DNA of 64,000 nucleotides, taken from contig ML978125.1 in assembly GCA_010015805.1 (NCBI GenBank), positions 1,798,001 through 1,862,000 on the forward strand, read 5' to 3'. The notes under the pieces were generated by a model, which saw only the letters and a program-made list of their open reading frames with translations, searched no databases and was not told where the DNA came from. The DNA comes from Rhizodiscina lignyota (Eukaryota). Shown here piece by piece: positions 25,017 through 39,586 of this stretch; within the stretch, counting starts at the first letter, position 1; every line of letters starts with the position of its first letter. The position numbers and the translations under genes are program-made.

Positions 25017-26171
25017 ATGACGATGGCGGCTGATATCCCATTGCTCTCATTAGCGAGCTCACCGGAGGAGTTTCTGAAAGCCATGAGCTCGACTGGCTTT
25101 CTGCATCTCTCACTCGTCGACAGTCCAGTACCTCCCTCCGCAGTACGCAAAGCCTTCTCAACTTCCTCCGTTCTCTACGATGAGATCTCACTCGAGGAAC
25201 GCTGTCGTTTCTCACGCGACGATGACAACAACTTCAACGGTCACACCGGCGTTGGTTCGACATACTTGAACAGGGAAGGTGGACAACAGAAACCTGATTG
25301 GAAGGAAGGCTTTGGATATGGGCGATTTAAGCCTGGGCAGGATTGGGATCAGAGAATGCCTCAGCGATTGGAACAGCGTAGATCAGAGATGGCAGCCTTT
25401 GCCGATGGCTGTTATGAGCTGATGCTGCTCGTTCTGGACAAGCTAAGTCTAGCTTTTAATGTGAGGCGTGCTCAACTTTTCGTATCGAACCATGACTGAT
25501 TTCTATGGCGTACAGCTCCCAGAAGACTATTTCCGCGCCTGTCACAAACACCAAGGCGCGAATAGCGTTACGTTGCTTAACTACCCGCCACCACCTACCG
25601 GCTACAAGGTCGGGGAGGAAGATATCAGAGCTGGAGCACACAAAGATTGGGGTTCTGTCACTCTACTATTTCAGGAAGATGGGGGTCAGCCCGGTCTCGA
25701 AGTCTTTCTCCCCGAATCGCGGCAGGCTCAGAACGGTGTGCGCCTACTGGCGGACGTGAATCTGAAGGAAGGTAAATGTCACTGGACTATTGCGGCTCAC
25801 TACTTATTATTCTGATTCTTGGCACAGGAAAATGGCTTGCCGCACCGGTTATTCCGGATACGGTGCTCATCAACCTCGGCTTGATGATGGAAGCATGGAC
25901 ATCAGGACAATGCGTAGCTACGCTTCACCGCGTCGTATTCCCGCCCAATCCAACTCCTAAATCGCGACGGTCTATTGCATATTTTGGCACGCCAGATCCG
26001 CAAGTAGAGCTTAGGCCGGTTGCCAAGGGAGGCATCATTGACAGCAGCAAAGCTGCTCCGAGAGTTAAAGAATTCTTCGAAGAGAGACTAAAGAGAGCCG
26101 AAGTACCAAAGGCAGAGCGGAAGGAGCTCACTCGTGAGAGTTCATTGGTCCCGATTGAAGCAAGCGGATAG
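25017..26171 (+). CDS. 2-oxoglutarate/Fe(II)-dependent oxygenase (IPNS/DIOX family), 3 exons
   Basis: GFLHL, DWKEGF, LLNYPP, RAGAHKDWGSVTLLFQ (HxD), INLGLMMEAWTSG...ATLHRVV...RRSIAYF (H, RxS). Confidence 0.93.
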
Positions 26172-26921
26172 CGCTTCAAATGTCAAAATAGCGCTACATT
26201 AGTACAGCCGACGGTTAACGCTAGCGAACCTCTGTCGATCTGAGTGAGAGATGTGAGGTGGCTCCTGTTACATTTCAACGTGCAGATACGCTACAGTTCG
26301 GGCAAAAGAAAAGCATCCTTGTACTTAGCGAAATTAAGGCATCGGTACCTTGTATCATTGTGTACGTGTCTCTACATATCAAATGCTCTCATGAAGTGTA
26401 AAGATGTGTTCAAGGCGCGAGGGCCAAGAAAACCCTAACCCTCACGTGCGCATCGGACAGATTCTCCGTCAGGGGAACTTCCTCACCACCGTCAATGCTC
26501 ATTTCGCTTGAGATCCTTCTTACGCTGTAGGATTCAGGGCAATGAAGCCTATGGTAAGATGGATTTCTAGGTATTCTTCTTCTGTCTCGCTTTCGTCTGA
26601 ATTTATTGTGCGGGCTCCAGAACAATTGTCGATCACTGCGTTGTCCTCTCTCTACCCGACCACACGGAATCATGGGGTCTCCAGAATGATTTGCATTTAG
26701 GGAAATCGCATGGGTTCACGATGCGATTGGATCTGACAGACTTCCCCGGATTATTGCAGTGTGCACTCTGCAACCTGTGCTGTCAAGCCATGTCAGCGGA
26801 GTTTCAATATCTCCCCGGATTTCCAGTGTGAGCCAAGATGAGGAGGCTCGTGGGATTTTCCTCCTATGCACTCAATATAACAAGACAACTGACCCAACGC
26901 AGTCCAAGGGGGCAGGACACC

Positions 26922-28615
26922 ATGGCTACGACCGCTCTCGAGAGGAAGCTATCATCACCCACGCTGGCAGAGCTGCAGGACGAGGGCGAGGGCAAGGGCA
27001 ATCCTTACGGCGACTTGAAGTTGGATCAACATGGCCTACCCCTTGTACCTCAACCATCTTCTCACGCGGACGACCCACTGGTGAGAGAAATCCAGTCCCA
27101 TGGAGTTGGAAAGATGCTGATATCTTGCTCAACATAGAATTGGCCAAATTGGTACAAGTACTACGTGCTGTTCCTGCTCTGTCTGCTGGCATTTGTCGTC
27201 CAATGTAAGCTCGTCCTACCCCAATCCTGAAATCAGTTTCTCCGCACCAGAGTACATAAGGTTCTGACGCTGCAATGCAGTCGGCGCTGGATTTGTCCCA
27301 GCAGCATTTGGACCCATCGCAAAGAGCTTCGGTGTTACGCATCAACAAGCAAGCTACCTGACGACCTGCTATACACTCCTTGGAGGTGTCACTCCCTTGC
27401 TTATCACCCCATATGTCAACCTCTGGGGCCGCAGACCCGCCTACATCCTCTTCACCCTCATAGCGATCGCTGCGAATATTGGCTCTGGCTATGCCAAAAC
27501 ATATGCTACCGAGATTGTATCCCGCGTCTTCGTCGGTGTCGGCGCCAGCGTGGCGCTCGCCATAGGAGGAGCAACAATATGTGATATGTTTTTCCAAGGA
27601 GAAAGAGGACGATATATGGGTTTCTATGCGCTGGCATTGACAAATGGACCTCACTTTGGCCCTATTGCCGGTGGATTTGTGGCTCTGAATCTCGGCTGGA
27701 GATGGATCTTCTTTATCAACGCGATCATGCTCAGCGCAGTTCTGGTACTGTTCATCGTATCTTTTCCGGAGACCCTCTTCTCCCGCGAAGAGTTCAGCAA
27801 TCTCGAATCCCGAGGCTACTGGTCCCGCATGGCTTTCCGGGGCAGAGTACTCAACCGGAAGCTCACCTGGCGGGACTTCATTGGAAACTTCAGGATGCTT
27901 AAATATGTCGCCATAGTCGTCCCTTGCGCTTACTACATGACGTAAGTCCCGTCAAGATGCACTGTATGCCACTCAGGAGACCTCGAGCTAACTCGCTATT
28001 AGTGCCAATACATATGGCAGCATCATCTTCGTCCTCACTGCATCGAGTATTACCGAGGACCTTTACAAGTTCAATACGGCACAGAACGGTCTCTTGCTGG
28101 GTATCCCACTTACTATTGGCTGCCTTATTGGCGAGTCCTGCACCGGATGGATCAGTGACGCACTCATCAACCGCTATGCACGCAGGCACGGTGGATACCG
28201 AAAGCCAGAAACTCGCCTTTGGCTTGCACCCATAGGACTCTTGCTCCCTGCCGGATTAATCATTCACGGCGTGTCTGTCCAAAACCGAGCGCCCTGGATT
28301 GCTCTCGCGATCGGAATGGCAGTCACAAGTATCGGCACTCAGGCAGCCACTACACTTACGTACGCATATTGCACCGATTGTTACAAGCCGCAGGCGGCTG
28401 AGGTCTCAACCCTCATTAATCTGTTCCGACAAATGTTTGCTTTCGTAATAGGTTTCTACGCACTACCCTTCGGAGAGGGTGATGGCTACGGCGTTGCTTG
28501 GGGGACATTCGCAGCCATCAATTTCCTCTTCTGGATACCCTTGATGTGGTTGATTTGGCGAGGGAAGTGGATCAGGGATATACAGGGAGAGCCGGATCTC
28601 CATAATGATCTTTAA
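26922..28615 (+). CDS. MFS transporter (DHA1/Hol1-like), multi-exon
   Basis: GLPLVPQPSSHADDPL/NWP, LWGRRPAY, DMFFQGERGRYMG, GPIAGGFV, LGWRWIF, PETLF, KPETRL, YCTDCYKP. Confidence 0.9.
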
Positions 28616-29449
28616 TGTTTTGTCTTCAATGAGTTCTAGTTCTTTTTGTGTAAATTGTTATTCTGTACATGACGACTTGGAACGAGACTGTAATTATTGC
28701 AACGCTCCATGGCTTATACTACTAAAGCATATTACTTACTCAGACATCAAATTTTAGATTCTGATAAGGAGTGATTGAGACGGTTCCACCGCTCAGCTGT
28801 CTCTGGAGTGTCCGAACTCCGACCAAGAAGTTCACAACTCCCCGAAGAATTCTGTGAATGTCTAATCCCCGGTCTCAGGCTCCTTCAAAAGTCTAAACTT
28901 CAGCTCCAGCGCGTATCTAACAGCTACTAGTCCAGTGCTCCTTCAGAGGTGGACAACCGTTATCCGGAAAAGCGGCCCTTACAGCCGAATATTCGGTATG
29001 AAGTCTTGTGATACAGTTCCTGCGCGAAGTCCTCTGAGATAAGCTACAGAGACAAGCTTCCAGAACGTCTCAGAATGGCACCGTATACTGTTTCGGGGAC
29101 TCAGAAGGAGCAATAGGCTCTTTCCTCCGCGATCAGTGGCGTCCGATGAGGTTGATCGGGGAGATAACGCAGCGTCTGATTCGCCCATTGCATCTGCAAC
29201 AATTCTGATGACAGCGGGGAGATACAGTTCCGCCCGTTGATCGTATCGGGAATTCCGCCCAACTTTAGTAGCCACAGCAGAGCAAACTATCATGGACGCT
29301 TCAGATCTCCGGTTATCGATGCTTCCCTCAATCCCTCCCGCCTCTCACAAAGCATATATACACCGACGGCCGCGTTCAGCGGTCTGTCGGCCTTCAATCG
29401 ACTCATCGTGGCGGACTCAATCAATACTCAGGAGAGACACGGGACGAAG

Positions 29450-30858
29450 ATGAGAGCACCAATCGAACCAAAGAACTTTCATGTCGCGATAATTGGTGGC
29501 GGGATTGGCGGTTTGATCACGGCCATTTCTCTGGCATACCACTGTCCCGGCATCAAGATCGACGTCTACGAGCAAGCACCGCAATACACCGAGATTGGAG
29601 CCGGCGTTGGCATTGCTGTCAATGCTGCCAAAATCTTGCACAAGTTTGGTGTGGGCGAAGCAGCAAACGCAATCTCTGGCGAGCGAAATAAGATTCACAG
29701 GGCGATGAGACGATGGGACAATGGAGGAGAGATTGTCACAATCGGAGCAGACTTCGACCAGCCCAAGATCAGACAGTTGTCAGTCCACCGTGCTGAGATT
29801 CTCGACGTCTTGCTGGACGCGATCCGAGAGCGAGGAATTGCAACTCTGCATACCAACAAGAAGTGCGTAAAGCTAACAGTAAGTCTCCGAGTGCTCTTAA
29901 AAGCCTCCGCGGCAGCTGACGAGGTCACAGGAAGTTGGCGAACAAGTTACCGTTGGGTTCGAAGACGGAACAGAGGCGACGGTCGACATGGTCGTCGGTG
30001 CCGACGGAATACACTCCATCATCAGAGCTCAGTTCAAGCCAGACCTTCCTCGATATAGCGGCCGGATATGCTACAGAGGACTCGTCCCCCTTAAGGACAT
30101 TGAGTCCTTCTGGCCTTTCGACTCGTACGCTGTTAGCTGGCTCGCCCCTAACAAGCACTTCCTCGTTTTCCCCATCAGCAAGAATAAGACACTGAACGTC
30201 GTCGCCTTCGTATCCAAGTCGCAAGCCGAGCTTGACGGACTCAAAGAGAGTTGGTCGAGTTATGCACCGCGTTCAGACATGGAGAAGGAATATGAGGGCT
30301 GGGATGAGACAGTGCTGAAAACGATCCGCTGTATGCCGGAGAACCCCGCGAAGTGGAAGCTAAACGACAGGGAGCCTCTGTCGCAGTGGACCTACTTGAA
30401 TGGAAAGGTGATACTGCTGGGTGACTCAGCTCATGCGATGCTTCCTCATCAAGGTAAGTCCCGCCTCATGAATCGAAGGGCTTCGACCAAGAGACTAACC
30501 CTGTATCCACTCAGGCTCCGGAGCTGGCCACGCTATCGAAGATGCCTACATTCTTGGTCGCGCGATGCAGGACTTCTTCAAGGCATCCACAGACCCCGCA
30601 CGAGCTCAGCTATCTCTTCCCGTTTGGACACAATTATACCAAGATGTCAGACTGCCCAGAGCGCAGAAAGCGCAGATCACATCCCGCACAGCCGGCGATG
30701 TTTACGAAATGCAAGGCCCCGACTTCAAAGGCTTGACGTACGACGAGTGCCTTCCCGTTGTTGCACAGAAGCTCACCGGACGGATGCGCTGGGTATGGGG
30801 CGGAGACATTGACTCGGAATACGACACACAGGCAAGAAAACTGGTGCTTCCGAACTGA
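29450..30858 (+). CDS. FAD-dependent monooxygenase, salicylate hydroxylase / 6-hydroxynicotinate 3-monooxygenase family, 3 exons
   Basis: VAIIGGGIGGL, YEQAPQYTEIGAGV, HRAEIL, VVGADGIHS, YRGLVP, LLGDSAHAMLPHQG/SGAGHAIEDA. Confidence 0.93.
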
Positions 30859-31291
30859 AGACTTTGAAGGTAAAGACCGTGACGCGTGGGATGATTATGC
30901 ATTAATGATGTGGTTGCATTACATTAGGTTGTCCATATTCCCTTTCCTGACGAACTGGGATGTCAAGACGGTTTTCGGTACTGTCGGCGTTCCCCGAATT
31001 GTATATGACACTCTTCTTAGATACCTGGCCCGCACTCGGTAGTTCGTATAACGGTCGTAGGTAGCTTCGAGCAGATCCTCGATCCATTTGGCATTTTGGT
31101 CAGAATGTAGAAAGTTGAATCATTATGTCCAGTTGGCCATCTTCCGTTCACGTCAACACCATGATGGCGAGCAGACCTATAAGCTAATGGTCGCTCGGGC
31201 TTTGAGTGTCCTATAGAGTCTACTCGAACGTGCATCTTAATCGAGGATATGCAAGCCGGATCCGTTTTGGTCCGTCAATTCACATCCCATT

Positions 31292-33902
31292 TCATCTTGC
31301 AGCTGCATTCTCGTTCAAGTTGTATGGCATCTCAAACCACGTAGAAGGATCAAACAGGTTTTCGATATCAAAGAAGCCAGTACCGACATCAAGAGGGAAT
31401 TGGTTTGGGGGAAAGTGATCGGCGGGAGGTTGACCACTCGTTTCCATTCCTTGGGCGTTGAGAATGTTGCTCATACTTCCAGGAGCAGCAATGTGGGTGG
31501 CGGAAGAGGTTTGCCGTCGCGTTGAGATATTCTGGAGGCGAGTCTGCCATTGCCTGACAAAGTCCAGATAACGTATCGCTAGAGGATGCAGCTCCCCGGC
31601 TCTTTCTAGGATATCCATGCCTCTTGAAATAACGCTCGAGACGTCGATGGATTCCGGGAGTCGGGCCTGAGCCCTGCTTTCGGGATCTAGCGTTTGGAAG
31701 GCGACAAGGATACATAAGGCGGTGAAAACGTCTGCGAGAAAATTAGTGACATTTTCTGTACATAGATAAATAGTAGCAAGAGCTCTAGAATGCTGCATGA
31801 CTAGAACGAGAGCAGTGCCCTGCTTTGAGAAGCGACATGAATAGAGGACAGCAGTGCGAATGGCTTACAGTGGGAGTTGTGCCAACCCGAGCGCATTAGG
31901 GCTCGCTGTTGCAGAATGGCCATTTGACAGATGGTATCGTATGAGGCAGCAACACAACGGCCAACGCAGAGATGCACTAGCTCATTTTGAAACGGATCCT
32001 CGATGCGTCGTGATATGACAATAAGCAGAATTTGTCGGTGAATCAGCTGTCGGGCCCCAAGGAATCTGATGTTGATCAGTCGAAGTGTTGCACCAGTCTC
32101 CAGGGGTCATACTTACCGCATGAGGAGCACACTCCGCTGCCTTTCGAAAAGCCAGCCACCCCCTTCGGCATCAAATTGCAAGTGGGGAGGTAGGCCCTGC
32201 TGCCATGAGACGAGATCTCCGTCGAGCTTGATTGACCGTGCAACCAAGTCGGAAACATTAAATGGTTCTCGCTCCTTGCCGGGCGGACTGGTTCCACTGT
32301 AAAGAGTATCTACAACCTGGCCGAGAAAACGGGCTTGTAAAATGGCCTGCTGATAGAACGAAAGTCTCGAGGGGGTATCCGCGGGCTGGATTGGCGGTTC
32401 GGCAGCTCCTGGCTCCGCAGAAATATAATCATCATCGACGGCGAGTGGGAGATCGCATGTTTTCGGAATAATCTCGTCAATTGTTGGACGACGTCCAACC
32501 TTGACACTGAGCAATCGATCTTGAATGTAACAGCCCCACCACGTGCGCTTCCTAACCTCTCTGTCAATAGGATCATAACTTGAAGAACCTGGGCAGATAT
32601 GAAGCCCGAGGCCTTGAGCGACGCGTATGGCCATCCCGACAATGGTCCAACAGGTGTTCAGCTCCAAACCATTGTGGTAATACTGGCCCATAAGCAGAAG
32701 CGCTTGGACTAGTTCTACTGTCCCTGAATGGAGCATACCGGAGAACAGTAACGTCTGCGCTCGCTTGAAGTATCGAACGCGGCCAACAGAAGCCGAGTTT
32801 CGGCCATCTGAATCGTGATCGTAGCCAAAGGCGAAGACCATGTTCACCAATCCGAGCCACGCAAGGGTGTTCTCCGTTGCGCTTTCACCACCAATGGCTT
32901 GACCAAGCCATACTCGCTCATACCGTTGCCTAAAGCGCGGCTCATGTAGATATGGATTAGTAGGGTGGCGATGCTTGAAGTAGGAGTCGACGAGACTATC
33001 GGCAATGGAGCGATGAGGGAGACCAAATGGGTCATCACCTGCTCCACTGAGCAGACCGTCATAAGGATTGGCAGACTTTTGAGAGGCAGCCAGCGAGGAA
33101 GATGCATAATTCATGGCTCCACCATTTGCAGCGGATCCAGATGCCCCATCTTCTTCGGCAGGAGAGCAGACCTTCTCCAAGAAATTAAATGTCGAAGATT
33201 CTCCATAGTATGCTTTTGCATTACGGGAGTTACCATTCTCAGAAGGGGTTGATGCAAGAGGAACACTGTGTGTAGACGCAGCTTCCGGTGCTACAGTTGT
33301 TGACGCCGAGGGAGAAACTAAACCTGCACCGTTAGAATGGCCGGAGGTTTGCAACGCGGAAGGTCTCCGTTCAAAAGAGACAGAGTGCCGGACAGGGCCC
33401 CGGTACCCATTCTGAGAAAACCCTGGCTGCATCGACCCTGGTTCAGTGGATCTCCAGTCCTGTGGAGGTGACATGCCATAATCGCTCCGGGCTGTAAGTC
33501 CGGCATGGGCTTGAGACGGCTCTTGATCTCCTCTGGCTGCGCCGCGCTGCAGCTGATCCTCCAAGAGGCGGTTTTGTGCCTTCAGGTTTTCAACATATCT
33601 GACGGGAAGTAAGTCGGGGGCTCCCTACTCAATGGGGAACATGACTTGTACGACATACTCTTCCGTGTACACCGGCCGGCTCTTCGTTGGGGGGTAGCGG
33701 CATGACTGGCCTCTCTCTCTGCAAGACCCGCAAACGGGCCGTTCTCCATCACAGCGATTCTTTTTGGCGCGGCAGTCTATTTTCAGACGGAAATGTCAAA
33801 AATCGGCACAGCAACCAATCGGCAACGAGCCCACTCACAGTCACACGCGTAGCCAATTCTCTTACGCTTCCGGCGTGGCTCATCGTCGCCATCAGTGGCC
33901 AT
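31292..33902 (-). CDS. Zn2Cys6 transcription factor with a Fungal_trans domain, multi-exon
   Basis: RKRKRIGYACDYCRAKKNRCDGERPVCGSCRERGQSCRY after splicing; YYGESS, VQALLLMGQY, AIRVAQGLGLH, RKRTWWGCYIQDR. Confidence 0.93.
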
Positions 33903-34418
33903 CACGCGTGGTTGGTGCGCGAGAGTTGAGAATTCGGAAAATGTCAGAAATCGGGGAGTTGAGAGGGACGGGGAGATGTGAGCACGATTAAAAGGCTTGG
34001 AGCAGACCCCACAGACTAAGCACGACGCAGGGTCGCGGCGTTGACCCCGCAGCCGGTTAAATTGCTTCATGCGCGCCGACGCACGCCAACCACCGTGTCC
34101 ATGCGGATCCGAGCTTCCGCATCACGTGCTGCACTGATTGGGAGCCCGAATCCTAGCAGTATGGGGTAGATGGCTGAAGCCACTGCGCATGTGGTCGAGT
34201 GCACAAGGCATTGATCGCCGCCATGGCGATCTCTGGGGATGACAAACAGGTTAACCGCGAGACATGGAAGAGCCGTATTGGCTCATGACACGCCAGTTTG
34301 GCTCTTCGAGTCGGGCGAGACATCAATCAAAGTATGATGCGATATCCCTCGCATCCTGTTCAGCGACATTGCTCAGCTCCGACTCCACGTTCTAGGTTGA
34401 TCTAAAGGCATGGTCATC

Positions 34419-35239
34419 CTAGCAGTTCGATGCATTTTCATACATATTCGACTTCTCGACCTCTTGGGTCCACAGCGGCCATGGCTTGACAGCGCCTCCA
34501 GAAGTCTTTTGAGCAGAGTCCACGCATTCTTTTGCGCTGAACAGCTTTACTGCGCCTCCAATACCAATCGCATTCTGCTGTATCTGGGCGTTCTGAGCCG
34601 TGTAGATGCTTCTGAAGATGACCATCTCGAGGGACTCGGCGACCACCACCATTCCGTGCCCCCTCATCAGCGCAACTGCGTGCTTGCAGTTCTGGCCGGT
34701 TTCGTCCCCTAAAGCTCTTGCTAATGATGCTCCCAGCTTGTTGTTCCGTACAAGCATGTCGTGTGAATCTTCCGCGGTATAGACCGTGTCACAGTCCCAC
34801 ACTGGCACCTTCTGTCCGAGAAACCCCGCCATGTGAAAGCAAGCTGACATCGGTGTGGAGGAGACCGAGAATGGGATTACGGAGAGCGCATGGGAGTGGA
34901 CAACGGCAGTGATTGAGGGATAGGCTTTGTACGCTTCGGAGTGGATATAACGCTCGGAGAATCCTGCCTGGTATAAGCATGAGTACTTAATCCGTCTCGC
35001 TAGAAAATCATACCTCGAGGCGCATTGGCATCCACCGGCTCTCCGTCCTCTACCTTGTATATGACGAGGTCTTCCTTGCCAGCAACGAGGGCCGGCGCCA
35101 TGTACCGCGACATCAGGAATGTAGATGGAGATAAGCGAACCGAGAGGTGACCATAGGCATCAACGAGGCCATGTTGATGGAGCATATGACATCCATCAAT
35201 GTATTTGTGAATGAGCTCCGAGGATATCTGTGAAACCAT
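34419..35239 (-). CDS. Class II aldolase/adducin-family protein (decarboxylase-type), one intron
   Basis: GCHMLHQHGLVDAYGHLSVR, SERYIHSEAYK...VVHSH (metal-binding His), FHMAGFLG, VALMRGHG. Confidence 0.9.
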
Positions 35240-36403
35240 TGTAACTTCCCTTCGAAAAGTAACAGTAATGGTTGCGTTGTGCGATGCCCTATAAGTTCGA
35301 ATTTAAGACCTAGGATCGAGAAGCGTCAGCTTGGTGTTGGATTAGCTTTTCTTTTATATCGTCAATTATGCATCTAGTAGATCTGAGGCTGAGAAATGTG
35401 GTTCTGCGCCACGAATAAGAAATTATAAGAAATTAAGCTTAAACATTATCTCCCCGGTGAGGCTGTCGGACGTCGATTCCGCCTGCTATCAGTTCGTATC
35501 CAATAGAGTCGTGGAATGAGCCGGCACAATTGCCATCAATACTTGCATAAGTATTTGAATACCATCTTCGCTGTGGCAGCAGCCTCTCTGATGGTGCAGT
35601 TCATCTGCGCCCTAACAGGTAAGGGGTTCGGTATGGAGTACTCCCAAACCCTGATTACATTCTTCTGACGAGGTTCCACAGGTGGTTAACCTGTGGAAGA
35701 ATGTGTATAAGAAACACTAATCGCAGCACAGGACTGGTATCCAGACTTTCGAAGTGTTTGAGATTATATCTAAAATGGAGAGAAGAGACGTGAATGATGA
35801 TGTTATCATCATCAAAGTACTGCGGCTCAACTTCGCCAGAGTAAACCCGAATTTCAACCTTCCCGAACGAGAAAGACGTCAATATCACACCTTCGCGAGT
35901 CCAACCAGAAGCAAGGCAATAACTTATTCCCGGCAGCATAAACCCCAATTGGATCGTGCATATCTAGGACATCGACCCACATTCTCGAAACAGCTCTCCT
36001 CGTAACGGCTGCCTACAGCCTGGCACGCCGAGCACATGTTATCTAGCTTATCAGGAGCTACATACCCAGCTCCTCTCTCAACGTCACGACTCCTGCATGC
36101 AGCTTCACCATGTCATGAGTTCACTCCGAGACTCGTCGTTGCAGAGAGGATGTGAACACCAGCCATGGGTCTCTTTGGCGCGCGTCAAATCACTCTCTTT
36201 CTGTGTCTGGGGTGCCGTATCATCTCGTAATTCAAGATCCTATCGTTGGGTAAGAGTTCGCCGATCTTTGCCCAGGCATTTGAAAATGATAAGTACCTTG
36301 ACGCGGCAGGAATTCCGCAATCCATGAATTTATATTTATCTGTCGTCTACTGTCTTCGCCGTCTCCATCTCGTTTATCGAGAGAGAAATTTCATTCTATC
36401 AAA

Positions 36404-38946
36404 ATGGCTACAGGTGACGCCGGGATACAAGTGCTTCCTCCTGGAGCTGGCTATGGCATTGTGAGTAGCTCCGTGAGCCTTCAGAGATCCCGTTAACGTC
36501 GACCAGGTTATTGGTATCGGTGGCGTTTTCGCCCTGATTATGTTAAGTGTAACATGTAAGTATTCATATGTGAATCATTGTTGGGAAATAGCGACATGAA
36601 GCTTACAGTCAAGAAAGGGATGCAGAATCGATATACAGCATTCTCTACCCATCAATCAGAAGAATTCAACACTGCCTCGAGATCGATCAAACCTGGTCTA
36701 CTGGCGTCCGCGATTTTGTCGTCTTGGACATGGAGTGCAACTGTGGGTCGAGCATTCCTGAACAAGGGAATATCCGCAGATAACCAAGTGTGCAGTTACT
36801 AACATCTTCAACCTTCGGCTACACATATGGCATTTGTGGGCCGGTACGTTGATTCTCTTATTTAACCAAATACTTCGAGGTGACCCGAGGCTAATCGCGC
36901 TGATAGATGTGGTATGGCGCTTCGGGTTCTTTTCAAATATTATTATTTTCCCTCATCGCGATTAAGATCAAATCCTCTGCTCCAGTGGGTGTTTCTTCCC
37001 TCTCTCGTATACAGGTGCTGATTCACAAAGGGAGCACATACTTTTCCAGAGATCGTATTGGTTCGGCATGGCCACGTCGCCCATATCACATATCTTTTCA
37101 TGGGCCTCGCAACAAACATGCTCGTCGGCGCATGCTTGGTTCTCGGTGGCTCCCAAGTTGTCGCAGCATTATCTGGAATGAATGTCTACGCCGCTTGCTT
37201 TTTAATCCCGCTCGTTGTCGCCGCATACGTTATTGCAGGAGGCCTCCGGAGTACCTTTATCGCAGGTTGTCTTCCGCCATGATTACTGACAAGAATTCCG
37301 TTGACTCAATGCCACTAGACTATATTCACACGGTGATTCTGTTCATAGCTATATTCACGTTCGGTTTTCTCGTATACGCTACAAGCGACACTATCGGTAG
37401 CCCCTCAAAGTTTTACGACTTGCTTCTCGAAGCCTCTGAAAAGATGCCGATCGCTCATAACTATCAAGGCTCATACCTTACTTTCAAGTCTGTGGATGGC
37501 CTTGTTTTCGCTGTTGACTTACTCGTCGCGGGATTCTCAACTGTGTGGCTTGATCAAGCGTACTGGCAGCGTGCCATTGCTTCCCGCCCGGAAACCAGTA
37601 TCAAAGGGTATCTTTTGGGCGGCATCGCTTGGGTAAGCTCTACTCGCAGCTTCTGAGCATCAATTAACTAACTACCACGAAAAGTATGGTATTCCTTTCG
37701 GATTTGCGACCGCCATGGGGCTTGGATGCGCAGCTCTGACGAACACACCATCATTCCCAACCTATCCGAATCCGCTATCCTTAGCACAGAATAACGCGGG
37801 GCTATCCTCTCCAGCTACCGCGATTGCACTCCTTGGAAAGGGTGGGGCGGTATTAATGCTTATCCTTTTATTCATGGCCGTTACTTCATCCACATCGGCG
37901 GAGCTGATTGCTGTCTCATCGCTATTGACGTTTGACGTCTACAAGACCTACATCAAACCGGACAGTTCATCACACCAGCTTGTGCAGATCTCGCATTACG
38001 GAATTGTTCTCTATGCTGTAGTTCTCGCAGCGTTCTGCAGCATCCTGAACGCGGTCGGCCTTAACTTGACGTGGCTGCTCACAGTTCTCGGGATAATTGT
38101 GGGTGGGGCTTCAGTTCCCGTCGGCCTAGTGCTCCTGTGGAAACGCATGTCAACTATAGCGGCATGCGTTGCTCCTTGGATTGGATTGAGCTGCGGTCTG
38201 ATTGCATGGTTCGTCACGACCTCGAGGCGATCTGGGGAGATCAACGTAACGACTACCGGGGACACCATCAACGCTGTTGCTGGAAATGTGACATCATGGG
38301 GATCTGGATATCTCGCAGCCATTGTCTTGAGTCTGATCTTTCCCAAGAAGTTTGTCAGCTCGGATCCGGCGCATATCGAGAGGGCAAACAAAGTCAATGG
38401 AGTCACGTCCGCGCCAGAGTCTAATGTTGTCACTCCTCCGACAGAGCCGAAAGACTTGGATAACAAGGACTTGGAGAAGGATGCTGTCCAGGCTTCACCT
38501 GTACAGAATAGAGGAGAAGGAGAAGATATGCCTTCTTCAGGGAAACCCGAGACCTATGTCCCAACTGGCAATGCTCTCGTTGACTATCTGGAAACATCAC
38601 ATATGCAACCCATGGATCCGGTATTGGTGAAGAAGGGAGAGAGGTTTGCAAAGATAGCCAATCTTGTATTCTTCCTTGTTGCTATGATATTGGTGCCGTT
38701 CACGCTCTTTGGAACGCAATACATCTGTAAGGAACAGCTCATTCGTCTTTCTTCTCACTTTCTTGCTGACAGATTACAGACAGTCGCGCGTTTTTTAGTG
38801 GGTGGGTCTGCGTGAGCTTCATTTGGGTTTGGATTTCAATGATTATTACTGTTATTTATCCAGTTGTTGAGTCGTACGACGGCTTAAGAACGGTTGGTAA
38901 AGGCCTGATGAAAGACTTCAGTGCCTTGATTGGGCGTAGCAAATAG
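36404..38946 (+). CDS. DUR3: Urea/polyamine active transporter (solute:sodium symporter family), many short exons
   Basis: LPLELAMA/GAGYG-type start, SEEFNTASRSIKPGLLASAILSSWTW, GGLRSTF, DYIHT, DQAYWQRAIAS, LFMAVTSSTSAELIAVSSLLTFDVYKTY. Confidence 0.85.
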
Positions 38947-39586
38947 ATTGCTGGAGCATTCGTTGCGTTAATGTATGCGGAGCCGCTCGTTTCAGAAGAT
39001 AGAGACTACAGTGGCACATTACGGAGATGACTGCAAGAACAAGCCCTGCCGAGTAAGAGGTTGTATTAGTCGGAATAGATTTAGACTTGCACCCCATTTA
39101 TTGACTTCATCATAGAGATCCGGCGAATGGGCAAATGCTCTGCGAGCACCTAACGCTCGGAAGAAGCACTCTTGGAGCCTTTGTAATCAAGACTTCGAAT
39201 ACCACAGGGGTCGTGGCTATATTTAAGGGATCCCCGGCATAAAGAAATGCTCCGCGAACGGATAGCCGCGCGAACTTCTTTCATTAATACTTTCACGTCT
39301 GCAATCGCTTCTTATAGACATCGTATTTTATAGGGTTCATGGAATGAAGTGGAAGCATAACTTTGATCAATACAGTGGAGGCAGAGATGCAAATATAACC
39401 ATACCTTGCCATTCCGAGGCTTGACGGCTCTAATACCCTCTCACGGAAAACTACTTATGGTGTAGGCTGCATGTTCTTTACACATTAACCTAGTTCAGAG
39501 ATCTGTAAGTTGCAGGCTCTTTACAAGTCCAACGCCTTCTCACCTACATCCACAGCTACTTATTAACTTTACGCGCCTTAGCCAAA

